Shown: one piece after another, positions 11,725 to 23,692 of the stretch
Numbering within the stretch: the first letter of the stretch is position 1
Layout: the number at the start of each line of letters is the position of its first letter
The notes under the pieces: generated by a model
Told to the model about the DNA's origin: nothing
Seen by the model: the letters and a program-made list of their open reading frames with translations, nothing else
Database searches by the model: none
Program-made: the position numbers and the translations under genes
Source of the DNA: Squalus acanthias
Taxonomy: Eukaryota
Assembly: GCA_030390025.1 (NCBI GenBank)
Contig: CM059446.1
Coordinates: forward strand, 19,096,001 to 19,160,000
Reading direction: 5' to 3'
Length of the DNA: 64,000 bases

Positions 11725-11965
11725 ACTCTTCATAATTTTGAACACCTGTATTAAATCTCCCCTTAATCGTCTCTGTTCTAAGGAGAAAAATCCCAGTTTT
11801 CTCTAGTCTCTCCACATAACTGTAGTTACCATTCTAGTAAATCTCCTCTGCACCCGCCCCAAGGCCTCGACCTCCTTCCTAAAGTGTGGTGCCCAGAATT
11901 GGACACAATACTCCAGCTGAGGCCTAACCAGTGATTTATAAATGTTTAGCATAACTTCCTTGCTT
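11725..11965 (-). mobile_element. CR1 ORF2 fragment
   Basis: gtggtgcccagaattggacacaatactccagctgaggcctaacc is the reverse complement of VRPQLEYCVQFWAP. Confidence 0.8.
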
Positions 11966-12798
11966 GAGTGTCAGCTCTTCCAAAGCCAATTCTAAGCTTG
12001 GCTGAACTCTGGCCTGTTTGTACAGCTTTCCCTCCACTGCCTCAGGGTAAAATCAGTTAGAATGTTCCACTACCATGGCAACATCATCAGTATGGTCAAT
12101 TAAGCTCACCACACCTGTCCCTCGGCTGAAAGTGAACGACACCTAGTAACCAATTAGATTTCAGTATGCAAATATGCTACTGGATGACAAACGTTTTCTA
12201 CCAAGAGACTTTCACAGATATAAATATTTTAATGATTATTTTGGAAGGGCCATTCACAGCTACATTCAGATGTGGATTAATGTGGTTGCATTAAGCATAT
12301 CCATGGCAAAATACAGATACGAGAACATTTTCTCATCAGGTCCTGGATTGTTTCAGCCAGTTAGCACTGGTTAGCCATTCCTCTTTTGGACAAGTCTGAA
12401 TGTAAACTTTCCCTTAGCCTGTCCTGATTCCAGTCACAGGTCAGCGATTACCTTGAGTTATGTGGCTAGACTGGAGAAGCTGGGGTTGTTCTCCTACTGG
12501 AGCAGAGAAGGTTAAGTGGAGATTTGATAGAGGTGTTCAAAATCATGAACTGTTTTGTTAGAGTAAATAAGGAGAAACTGTTTCCAGTGGCAGAAGGTTC
12601 GATAACCAGCGGACACAGATTAAAGATGATTGGCAAAAAGAAGAGGCGACAGGAGGGAAAAAAAATGTTTTAAACACAGTGAGTTGTTGTGATTTAGAAT
12701 GCACTGCCTGAAAGGCTGGTGGAAGCAGATTCAATTGTAACTTTCAAAAGGGAATTGGATAAATACTTGAAGGGCATTTACAGGGCTATGGGGAAAGA

Positions 12799-13197
12799 AT
12801 TGAGAGGTCGCACAACACCAGGTTATAGTCCAACAGTTTTATTTGAAATCACAAGCTTTCGGAGCTATCGATTGCTCCTTCCTCAGGTGAAGTAAATTAG
12901 ATACAGAATCGCCAAAGCATATATAGATAGAAAACAAAGCATGTGTACTTTACAATTGCAGACCAATAAATTAAATCATCATAATTTAATTTATTGGTCT
13001 GCAATTGTAAAGTACACATGCTTTGTTTTCTATCTATATATGCTTTGGCGATTCTGTATCTAATTTACTTCACCTGAGGAAGGAGCAATCGATAGCTCCG
13101 AAAGCTTGTGATTTCAAATAAAACTGTTGGACTATAACCTGGTGTTGTGCGACCTCTCAATTTTGTCCACCCCAGTCCAACACCGGCATCTCCGCAT
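12799..13197 (+). mobile_element. Penelope-like fold-back insertion (family A) with hammerhead-like motif
   Basis: Perfect 179-bp inverted arms 12798-12976 / 12984-13162, 7-nt loop catcata, 35-nt tail 13163-13197, 12-bp TSD tatggggaaaga (12787-12798, 13198-13209). Confidence 0.9.
13070..13111 (+). ncRNA. Minimal type-I hammerhead ribozyme motif (PLE-associated)
   Basis: UCAC-CUGAGGA-A-GGAGC(aaucgaua)GCUCC-GAA-AGCU-U-GUGA: core CUGANGA/GAAA, 5-bp stem II, palindromic stem III AGCU, 4-bp stem I. Activity not shown. Confidence 0.6.
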
Positions 13198-13939
13198 TAT
13201 GGGGAAAGAGCAGGGGACTTTTATACTAATTGGACAGCTCTACCAAAGAGCCGGCACAAACACGATGGGCCGAATGGCCTCCTTCTGTGCTGTGTCATTC
13301 TATGATGCTAACCTCCTAGTCGACAAAGAGTTAACAAATGTGTAGCTTACTGATTAATCTTCTATATTCAGAGAGGTGATGATGACTGGCAGCATGCCAG
13401 ATGGTTTCCCTTAGTTTCTTTGTGCTTATTATTAGTCACTCACTGATAAAACCTCAATAACTTCCTTCCAAAAAAGTTTTAACGACTTTTATTTTCATCG
13501 TATTGTCTTTTAACAACGCACTTATTTGGGATTGTGAAGGAAACTAGGGGAATTGTTCAATGTAGAATTACAACTGAAGAAAATTGAAGACCCGTCAGCC
13601 ACAGAATTATTCAAAACAAAAGCCTAAGTGCAAGTAGACAACCTGTCTGCAGGCTTGTGCCAATACTGCTCTCGAGCCAACTCTTGGGTGGCATGACCCT
13701 TTCTGGTCTCTGAAGTTGCAATCCCATCCTCTGGGGAAGCTCCTATCATCTGTGCGATATCGAGGAAGTGCTGCTGTGGTCGTGACATGATGGGGTCGAT
13801 TTTCTGACCTGTGCTTGCAGTGGTCCACGCACTTCACTGTGGGTGAACGTTTGAAAAACCTGCCCTTATGAATGAGTTCAAACAAAATTATATTTATGAT
13901 ATGCACAGAGACCAGAGCCAACGTTCCCCCATTATCTTC

Positions 13940-14228
13940 GAGATCTCTGCGCTCTTACACTTCTGGCCTGCTGCACATCCCCGATTTTCGCTCCACCACT
14001 GGCGGCCGTGCCTTCAGCTGCCTGGGCCCCAAGCTCTGGAATTTCCTCCCAGAACCTCTCCACCTCTCTCTTCTCCTATAGGACGCTCCTTAAAACCTAC
14101 CTCTTTGACCAACCTGTCCTAACATCTCCTCCAGGCTCCTGTCAAATTTTGTTCGATAACGTCCCTGTGAAGTGCCTTGGGGACGTTGTACTACATTAAA
14201 AGCGGCATACAAATGCAAGTTGTTGCTG
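13940..14228 (+). mobile_element. L2 LINE 3' end
   Basis: Encodes TGGRAFSCLGPKLWNFLP; tail gcggcatacaaatgcaagttgttg. Confidence 0.85.
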
Positions 14229-17049
14229 TGTCGTCTAAAGCGAATATACATGCATTGTTTAAAGGGGCACCATTTTCACGAGAATCCACAAGCGCAGAGT
14301 GACAAAAGAATGTGTTTCAATGTGATTTACATCATTGACGTGTATTTGCAAACCAAAAATAGTTTGTGAAATATTTCCCCCCGTGAAGGTGCCCCTTTAA
14401 GACACTTTCAGCTGTTGTGATCCGAACATCTATTTGTCATGTGGCACATGATGTCAAATGCTTGACCCCCCCTACCAGCTCTTGAGCTGTCAGAGAAACC
14501 TAATTCAATAAGGATAGGGTTTAAATCTACCACCACCCCCATTCCAACCCTGAGCAATATCAGGAAATAGAACAACAGAGAATTGCCCAGATCACAGCTA
14601 GTGGTGTATTCAAATGAATCAGAGATTTAATGTATAAAGTGTACTCCTTTTGCCAAGCCTCTTTCCAACAGTTTGTGTTTTAAGCTGTGAAAGGTAATAC
14701 TGTCTCTTTAAACACTTCACATTTGGAGACTGATTACTTTCCCATAGCAGCTCCTTTACTCTTTGAAGTCAGCTCCTACTTTCATGATGGAGTTCGGTTA
14801 GCCTGACCGCCCCTTCGCTCAGATTAACCAACAGAACAGGCAGGCAGCAACTGCAGCCCAGTGCTCAAGAATAGACACAGGCTCGTGATTACAGTAGAGA
14901 TATCGCGGCTGGGTTGGGCCAGTGGGGGGGGGATGCCTCTTGTCACAACTGCCCCCTTCACAGTGACCTGGACTTGGCTACTGTTTACAGCGACTGCTGT
15001 GCCGGAAATAACGCGGAGCAGGCAAGCTCATACCTGCCTGGCTCTGGTTTCTTTTTTTTTTCTGTACTGGCTCTGGTTTCTTCCAGGTTGGCGAGTGTCG
15101 TCAGTCAATCATACAATTAGCCCAGGCTGTCTTTAATGGGTGGTATCAGAGTTGCAATCACACATTCCTGGCGGTTGCAGTGACTGAGCAATACCTGACA
15201 CAGCCTCCGTCGAGTTTCTGCTAGTCTCACTCGCTGGGCTACAAGTCAAGGCTGCCAGAATCCATCTGGCTCTGATGCAAATGTGTCTCATGCCTGAACC
15301 CAAGACTTACTTTCTGTGTAGCCCATGTGCTCGGGCTCTGTCTGAATTCTGTCCACGGTCCTACAGCAGTTTCCAGCAATGCTTTGTTAACAGAAGAGGT
15401 AGGGCATGGACTATTTCTCATTGAATGTATGTCTGTTGAGTGACTGTGGCCGTCAGTGAGCCCCTTATCGCAGTCTGTTTTGATCATTAATCATTGTAAT
15501 TTCAACATGATCGACAGAAGCTGTTGTAAGACTGCATTTCTTACAATGCACCACAATCTTAGAAGCTCAGAATTGTTTATCGACCTATGCAGTGTCAAAT
15601 GTATTGTACAATGAGTTTTAATGTTGTATTGTACTTAACGGTGCATTTACTTCTCCTGGCTAACCCCGTTTAAGGACGATCATTGCATTTCTCCAGTTAA
15701 GATATTTGCAGTGACAGCAGGGGCTGATGTTCCTGCCCCTGGGGTTATGAGATCGCATGGGCGCAAGTCAATGCAGGAAAATCGGGCGGAGTTGGGGCGC
15801 ACGACCCTAACTGAGCTGGTCTGATTTTAAAGGTACATTTCCCCTTTCAGACAAGCGCTCCTCTTTCCTCCCCCACCCCACCAAAAAAAACCCCAACGAT
15901 TTCCCTGTGGATGTGGCTCCCAGCCGCAGAAACAGGAGAATCTGCCCCAGAAGGTGCTGATGCACCGGGGCAACTTGCAAACCGAGAATGCAAGGATTTC
16001 AGAAAAGAAATACTCAAATGGCTCATCACTCACCCGAACCCCTATGCAAACTTGCTACCTGCAGTCTGTCGCCCTTCCAGTGATTTTTCTGTGTTCTAAC
16101 CTAGTCTAAACTTCCGCCACTGCTAAATGGATGATCCCACAGACTGACCGAGGAGCCTCCCAGGATATCGGTTTCGTTCAGCCAATGATTGACACACAAA
16201 CTCGCCTTATTCTGCATAACTGAATCATTTTTCTCCTGCTTACTCAGAACTTGCCTCGAAATGAAAAGCATTCGGAGAACCTTCACTTTTTTTTTGCGGT
16301 TCCAAGTTAGAATTTTAGAAAAATGCTCAAATATTTGTTTATGTGAAAGGACAATTCAGCGCTGAAAGGGTTAAAGTGAGTTTGAGGAGGGGAAAAAAAC
16401 AATCCTGGTTCCCCCCTCAACCCACCAACTAACGCTGGGGACGGGTCTCCAGTTCCCATCTGACCTTATGTGCTGCAACAAGTAGGGTTTTAAAAAATAA
16501 TAAAGTGAATGTTTGCCTCCGATGGAAAATCAGCATTAGTTGGGCTTTGAGTTGAGCAGATTGAAACTGAAATCAGTCAACATAAATCAAATAGATAAAA
16601 GGGAGATCACAGCACCACCAATTGCTTGGATTGTTGCTTTTGGTTGGATATTGCTGCTGGGTAAATAGGAGGGATGATTGACAACAAAAGCAGGACTTTC
16701 ACTTCCTTTTACCTGGATTGGTACCAGTTTGTTGCTAATTAGGACTCCATGATACTAATATTCAAATAGAAAATAGTATTCATTCTATCGACAAGGATGC
16801 AGAAGTGGTGCAAAGTAATTCACATTTCTGATTGATAGTAGGGGTGATCATGCGATTCCAGGCTTCATGCAGATAGCTACACTCAATGGGAGTGCGGGTC
16901 AGAATTGGAATGACCCTGTTATAGTCTTTGACCTGTGCTCCATGCTGGGAACTTCGGGATCGGGGAATCTCCTCAATGAGCACCTCCCCCACCCTACTCC
17001 TTGAGAAACCTTGAAGAGCCACGGCACCAAGATTGAAAAGAATAAGGCA

Positions 17050-17505
17050 GGAAAAAGACTTGCATTTCTACAGCGCCTTTCACGACCTCAGGGCGTCCCA
17101 AAGCGCTTTACAGCCAATGAAGTACTTTTTGAAGTGCAGTCACTGTTGGAAACGCAGCAGCCAATTTGTGCACAGCAAGCTCCCACAAACAGCAATGCAA
17201 TAATCACCAGATAATCTGTTTTTAGTGATGTTGGTTGAGGGATAAATATTGGCCAGGACACCAGGGGATAACTCCCCTGCTCTTCTTCGAAATAGGGCCG
17301 TGGGATCTTTTACATCCACCTGAGAGGACAGGCGGGGCCTCAGTTTTAACGTCTCATCTGAATGACAGCACCTCCGACAGTGCAGCACTGCCTTGGTACT
17401 GCACCAGAGTGTCAGTCTGGGTTGTGTGCGCAAGGCTCTGGCATGGGGCTTGAACCCACAACCTTCTGACTCCGGCGAGGAGTGCTATCCACTGAGCCAA
17501 CTGAC
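17050..17505 (-). mobile_element. DeuSINE (SacSINE1-like), near full length
   Basis: tRNA-like head on the minus strand (tcagttggctcagtggatagcac...gggttcaagcccc), Deu domain and L2-type tail. Confidence 0.9.
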
Positions 17506-17573
17506 AACTAGGGGTTTAGCTAAATCAGGAAGTGGTGATTGGGCGATGCCAAGCTTGGGTTTGAAAAGTCTAA

Positions 17574-18020
17574 ACACGGTGGCATAGTGGTTAGCACTGG
17601 TGCCTCACAGCGCCAGGGACCCGGGTTCGAATCTGGCCTCGGGTGACTGTCTGTGTGGAGTTTGCACATTCTCCCCGTGTCTGCGTGGGTTTCCTCCGGG
17701 TGCTCCGGTTTCCTCCCACAGTCCAAAAATGTGCGGGTTAGGTTGATTTGGCTTTGATAAATTGACCCTTAGTGTTAGGGGGGGATTAAATATGTGGGGT
17801 TACGGGGATAGGATAGGAAGGGATATGTTAGGGGGAATTAAATACGTGGGGTTACGGGGATAGGGTGGGATATGTGTCGGTGCAGGCTCGATGGGGATTC
17901 TGTGTGAGGAAAGCAGGGACAGGGTACTGGATTTGGATGATCAGCCATGATCGTATTGAATGGTGGAGCAGGCTCGACGGGCCGAATGGCCTACTCCTGC
18001 TCCTAGTTTCTATGTTTCTA
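17574..18020 (+). mobile_element. HE1-type V-SINE with internal duplication and CR1 tail
   Basis: A/B boxes (tggcatagtgg; ggttcgaatc), V-domain gtttgcacattctccccgtgtctgcgtgggtttcctccggg, CR1-like tail ending tctatgtttcta. Confidence 0.9.
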
Positions 18021-18611
18021 AAGGTTGTAGGAGGAAGGAAAGAGGGAGGGGAGGAGTATGATGGTTGCGCTCTGCTGGGAAGAGTGTGATGGTTGCGCCC
18101 TGCTGAGCTGCACTTTGTCTTCTCTGCAACTGAATTCAAAAAAACATTTTACCAAACAGGCATTGCCAGGCAAAGGAATTTCAGACTTAATAACCAGACA
18201 CAGAACGTCGCAGGCAAAGGTCAGTGTCATCTGATAATATCATGCTAAATGTTGTCATTTTATAGATACAATAAAATCACACCTTTTAGTAAGATATTGT
18301 AACTCGAATGAATATAGTGGATGGTGAAGGTCAGCTAATCCTCATTGCCAAAAGCCAATGCAGGTGTGAATAAGTTATGTCTGAGCAAAGGAATGTGGGA
18401 TGATTCATCCGATGTGTGTTTAGTCCTGGTAATGTCTCCAGTAGGTATACCACAGGTAACCGGTTGCAACTGGTATCTACTTCACGCAATAGGGGGGCCA
18501 GCAGACTCCAGATATACCAACCAACTCTGCTTCATTGTCTGTTCAGGAGAAACCGGAGTCCTGCAGCTGCTTGTAAGCAATAATGCTTGTATTCCCTTGA
18601 ATATAGAAGAT

Positions 18612-19318
18612 TAAAGGGGTGATCGAATTGAGGTGTTTAAGATGATTAGAGGATTTGATAGGGTCGATAGAGAGAATCTATTTCATCTGGTGGGAGAGTC
18701 CAGCAACACGGTGGCATAGTGGTTAGCACTGTTGCCTCACAGCGCCAGAGACCCGGGTTCGAATCCGGCCTCGGGTGACTGTCTGTGTGGCGTTTGCACA
18801 TTCTCCCCGTGTCTGCGTGGGTTTCCTCCGGGTGCTCCGGTTTCCTCCCACAGTCCAAAGATGTGTGGGTTAGGTTGATTTGGCTATGATAAATTGACCC
18901 TTAGTGTTAGGGGGATTAAATACGTGGGGTTACGGGGATAGGGTGGGATATGTGTCGGTGCAGGCTCGATGGGCCGAAATGGCCTCTATCTGCACTGTGG
19001 GGATTCTGTGATTCTGTGAAGAGAGCGTAACCTTTACAATTAGAGCTAGGCCGTTCAGGGGTGATATCATGTCAAGAAGCACTTTGTCAGGAAACACAAA
19101 GGGTAGTGGAAATCTGGAAAATTCTTCCCCCAAAAAGCTATTGAGTCTGAGGGGTTAATTGAAAATTTCAAAACTGAGATTAGGCATGGGTATTAAGGGT
19201 TACAGAACCAAGGTGGGTAGATGGAGTTAAGATACAGATCAGCCATGATCTAATTGAATGGTGGAACAGGCACGAGGGGCCGAATGGCCTCCTCCTGTTC
19301 CTATGTTGCTATATTCCT
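18612..19318 (+). mobile_element. CR1 3' fragment interrupted by an HE1 SINE
   Basis: ggggtgatcgaattgaggtgtttaagatgatt...gagagtccag, resuming after 19019 and running to the CR1 tail ggcctcctcctgttcctatg. Confidence 0.8.
18704..19019 (+). mobile_element. HE1-type V-SINE with (attctgtg)n tail
   Basis: Same tRNA head and V-domain as 17574, a single internal unit, ending gggattctgtgattctgtga. Confidence 0.9.
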
Positions 19319-19379
19319 ATGCTGATGGGCCACACAATGCTGTAAATCACAGATGAAACTAGCACAGGACACCAACTCT

Positions 19380-20076
19380 TTCCCCCTAGAAAAATAAAGG
19401 GCGCGGAGGCCTCCGATCTGGAAAAATCTACGGACTTACCTGAGGGCTCCCGAGGTGCATATACTTCTGATCCTGGGCCTCTCCAAACTCCAAGTGCGCA
19501 GGGCCCACGTATCCCAGAGGCGCAGGCGGTTCGCAAGCGTCCCTGGGATCACGTGGGCCATGGGGAGCCAATAGGAGAAGGGAATCTCCCTTCATACACT
19601 TGACAGATAGACCTGTCAAATATATGAATGGAGATCACCCCAAAAACACTGTAAAACATTAAATAAATGTAAAAAAATAAATCACCTTTTTAAAATTAGT
19701 TGAAATTACAATAAATTAAATATTTTAAACAAAAATTTAATTTTTTGAAAAAAATAATTAAAGTTTTTTTACAGAGCTAAGAATAAACTTACCTTTATTT
19801 AAAAGTATTTTTAACTGATAAATGAGTGGTTTACCTTTTTCAACTCTTATCCTGGTAAGGCCTGCTTTTACCAGGCGTAAGAATTCTAAGGGTTTTCTGC
19901 GGGCGGAGGTTCTGCTTCTCCAGGGCAGGCGTCCGATCTGTCCAGAGCATTCTTGACAGATCAGAAATGCTGGTTTTCAGCGTATGCGCTGTGCATGCCT
20001 GAAACCGGCATTTCCGATGTCCCTATGGGTGTGTACACAGCGCGTACCCACCCGTAGGCATCGGAATATACGGCCC
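19380..20076. mobile_element. Non-autonomous transposon with GC-rich ends and an AT-rich core
   Basis: GC-rich flanks, AT-rich centre 19640-19830, three consecutive hairpins, terminus aatatacggccc. Confidence 0.5.
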
Positions 20077-21082
20077 AAAGAGTAAAGCCTATCTATTTTT
20101 TTCAGTACTTTTTTTTTTAACAGGCTATTTCACACAAGTAAAACAGAGTTTTGAATTTACACAGGAATAAAAGGGTGTCAGGAATCAGCGAAATAACCAA
20201 TTGTGTCCATAGAATAAAAGTTATTTTAGAAATTGGTATGTGCTGCGACCATTTATCAGGTGTAAAACGGGAGTAAAGCATACCAATTTATCAGTAGGAC
20301 GGCCCAATCTGTGCAGGCATTGGGTCCACTGCTAAATTTGTGTGGCCCATTTTTTTTTTTAAGGTGTCCCGGGCAGCCCCCTAAAACTGGTGGTAGACTC
20401 ATTGCATATATGTCCATTAGGAGCCTAATGCCTGTCGAAGGACCCCTTTTCAAATTTGTTACAGGATTCTTCAGAGGCCCCTGTGGCCGCCAAATACTGT
20501 AAGTTTTTTTTTTAAACCTTTTTCTGTGGAGCTGGGAGGAGCAGGCGTGCTACCCTCTCCCTTGTTGCCTGCTCCAATTCCCCCTCCCTGAACTTAACGG
20601 AGGGCCGCCAACTGTGAGGCAGGCGGCCCAAAGTAGACTTTTCTCCTGGGCTGCGCTCCCTGTGGAGGCAGCTCACCCTGACTACGTAGAGAAGGCCCGA
20701 GGACCAATTCCTGGTGGTTCTTGGGCCTCTTGATTTGGTCACGTGCTTTTGAAGCGCCAAGTTTGGGCCCAAACTCCCTTGCATGGTACAGTTCCTCGAG
20801 TGCCTTCCTGTAACCACTGTGTGAGCCCAGACAGTGACTCGGCTATTCAATCATGATGAGCACCACAGTCAAACCAGATTCTATCCTCGCCTGATGAGCA
20901 CACACGAACACTAATGTAGAGATCGGGAGCAGGAATCTTGGCATCTCCCACCCCGCTAACCCAGGAGCACTGAGATCAATGGCAGCCCCCCACCCCCACA
21001 CAGCGACCAGCTAACTCCGCACAGAGCAGGATAAAGCACAAGACCTTCGAAGGCACAGTTTTACAGTGAACAAGGCACTTGC

Positions 21083-21720
21083 ATAGAAATTACAGCAGAG
21101 ACAGACTATTCGGCCAGTGTTTATGCTTCACATGAGCCTCCTCGCTCGCACTCTTTACTTCATCTCTCACCCTATCAACATATCCTTTTATTCCTTCTCC
21201 CTCATGTACTTCCCCTTAAATGCATCTATGCTATTTGCCTCAACCACTCGGAAGTGATCGAGAGTTCCACATTCTCACCATTTTCTGGGGTAAAGAAGAT
21301 TCTCCTGAATTCCTTTATTCGGTTTATTCGTGACTATCTTGTATTTATGGCCTCTAGTTTTGGACTCCTCCACAAGTGGAAACATCTTCTTTACATCTAC
21401 CCTCTTGAACCCCTTCATCATTTTAAAGACCGCTATAAGGTCCCCTCTCAGTCTTCTCTTTTCCAGAGAAAAGAAGTCCAGACTGTTCAGTCTTTCCTGA
21501 GGTTGTATCCTCTCAGTTCTGGTATCGTCCTTGTAAATCATTTTTGCACTTTCTCCAGTGCCTCGTCTCCTTTTTGTAATATGGAGACCAGAACTGTGCA
21601 CAGCACTCGAGTGTGGTCTAACCAAGGTTCCATATAAGTTTAACATAACTGCTCTGCTTTTCAATTCTTTTCCTCCAGAAATGAACACCACTTTTTATGG
21701 CCTTGTTAACCTGCGTTGCT
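21083..21720 (-). mobile_element. CR1 LINE 3' fragment (degenerate)
   Basis: Minus-strand ORF LNLYGTLVRPH...LEKRRLRGDLIAVFKMMKG...RTRGHKYK-like. Confidence 0.85.
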
Positions 21721-23484
21721 ACTTGCCAACAAAGGCATCAGGGAGGCTAGAAAAGTGGTTTAGTGTTGTTACCACATGACTATCGAAAGTAAATGGACTA
21801 TTTAGTCCACATTTGAATAGACTGCAGTACATAGCAGTCATTAGCACAATGTGGACATGCTCCTTATTTAACATGGCTCATGGAATAAACTGTTTCATCC
21901 TACACTTTTCCTCAAAATATATCTTTCTACAATCCTAAGGACCTAAAATTGGAATGAGAAAAGGAGATACAACCCTCTTGGCATCTCCTGTCATTTAAGT
22001 CTACGTTCAGGGTGGATTTGGACCATTTTTCACTCCCTACTGATCACTGTTTATCTGAACAAGAAAGATTAAGCAAGTTTTTTTTCTTAAGTTATTTTCC
22101 CCATCAGCAATTTTCTCCACTCCTCTCCCAAGGCAGTGACCCCTGCTGGGATACAGTTTACACAGGTGCTGGATGCCCTCTCTGTACTTTGCCCCAATGG
22201 CCATTATTCAAAGTTTAGCCAAAATAATGAATTTGCTATTTGACTGGCGGGGGGTGGGGGTGCACCACTATCCAGCGTGACCGTGTCCTCAGTAGATGCC
22301 CACATGTGCACTCTCAGCAAAAGTCAGTGGATAGCAATCCGAAGCTGATTGTCCCCTCCCTAACCCAGGGTTACTGAAACTAATTAGAGCGCATCTATTA
22401 CCTCCCTGGTTGAGCTCGACTAACTCATCACAGGCCGGGGATCTTCCCAGCAAGTTTGAAGAACTGTATCAATGTTTTGAAGCAATGTTGATAATCAAAT
22501 ACTCGACTATTCCCCTGAAAAGGTCACTGAAGCTGTGTTGCATTTTGAAGTTCCTTCGAAACGTTGTATCTGATGCCTTGCAGGTTTGCTACTCTTCCAG
22601 GCCAATGGTTTTTGAAGTTTGAAGGCGCCATCTTGGTACAGTATAGGGCCTACGTTTTAAAGTGTGTTCAGTTGTGACGTCTTGCTGAATGGCATATCGA
22701 GCCCAAGCTGTTTTTATTTCACTGAGAAACCGTGAAGCAGTGCCGTGGGCCACAAGTGCAATGGAGCCCCAAAGTTTAAAAGAGAGGAGCCAAATCTGGA
22801 AGTGGTGATTAGCAGATGCCAGTTTTTGGGCTTTAAAGGCATTGTAGAAGGAAGGAAAGATTGATGGAAGCAAGCAGTTCTGAGGTCCTGCAAAAGAATG
22901 AGTTAGAGACCGCACTGGGTCTTAATTTCAACAAGGCAGGTGTGTAGGAATGGCACTGTGGAGCTTGGATGGTACAAGAGGGACAGTACAAGAGGAAAGA
23001 AGTTTCGAGAGCACTGGGCAGATCAGTATTGATAAAATAAAGGCGAGTAAAGTTGCGACAGGGTTGTAGGTTAGAGATGATTAACCACTCTCGGATGGTG
23101 TGGGTTTTTTCTCTTGTATCCTGGCCAGCTGCGCGAGAGACAGATTAGAAAAGCTTCCCCAGATATGGGAGCAGTGTTTTAAATCACGGATTCTACAGAG
23201 GGTTAAGAGTTGTTGAGTGGAAAGGAAATGTTTGAAGTAACCGTTTTAAAAACCACACAAAGCAAAACTATTTTTTTTCCAAAAAAAGGAGAGGAACCTG
23301 CGGCTTTTAAAATTGATCTGCAGCATTGTAATTAAAATGTTTTTAGTTGCCTCCGTTTTTTACTTTGATATTTAGTGTTTTGGTTCACTGCACCACCTTT
23401 CAAAGCAACATTATAAATCAGGACCAATTGTTATTGAAGTCCTTGTCGAGGGAAATCACAGCTGTAAATTCCGATTCTTTTCAG

Positions 23485-23692
23485 GTATATTTGGACAGCG
23501 TTTGGAGGACACTGTGCAGTACGAGCGGAAGTTTGGAAAGCGCTTGGCTCCCTTGCTAGTTGAACAGTGTGTGGACTTTATCAGAGAGCATGGCCTCAAT
23601 GAAGAAGGGTTATTCCGCATGCCTGGGCAAGCCAACCTGGTCAAAGAACTCCAGGATTCTTTTGATTGCGGAGAAAAGCCTCTGTTTGACAG
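23485..23692 (+). CDS. ARHGAP22: Rho GTPase-activating protein 22, internal exon starting the RhoGAP domain (contains the arginine finger)
   Basis: Acceptor ttcttttcag|GT, donor AG|gtaatg. Translates (G)[68 protein letters not shown](R). GLFR arginine codon at 23616-23618. 208 nt. Confidence 0.95.

Larger units (their letters stand above)
12455..13305 (+). mobile_element. CR1 3' fragment interrupted by a PLE fold-back
   Basis: CR1 ORF2 end and 3' UTR (gggctatggggaaaga | gcagggg...gatgggccgaatggcctccttctgtgctg), split at 12799-13197. Confidence 0.85.

Noticed and set aside
17574-17645. tRNA genes (also 18704, 24145, 54380-54448, 55469)
   Set aside because: These are tRNA-derived SINE heads running directly into V or Deu domains, not standalone tRNAs.
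22625-22635. YY1-like motif gcgccatcttg
   Set aside because: A single short motif without promoter context, expected by chance in 64 kb.
1-23484. Upstream PH-domain exons of ARHGAP22
   Set aside because: No PH-like peptide with splice sites was found by eye or in the ORF track. They are probably upstream of the window, although a short exon could have been missed.
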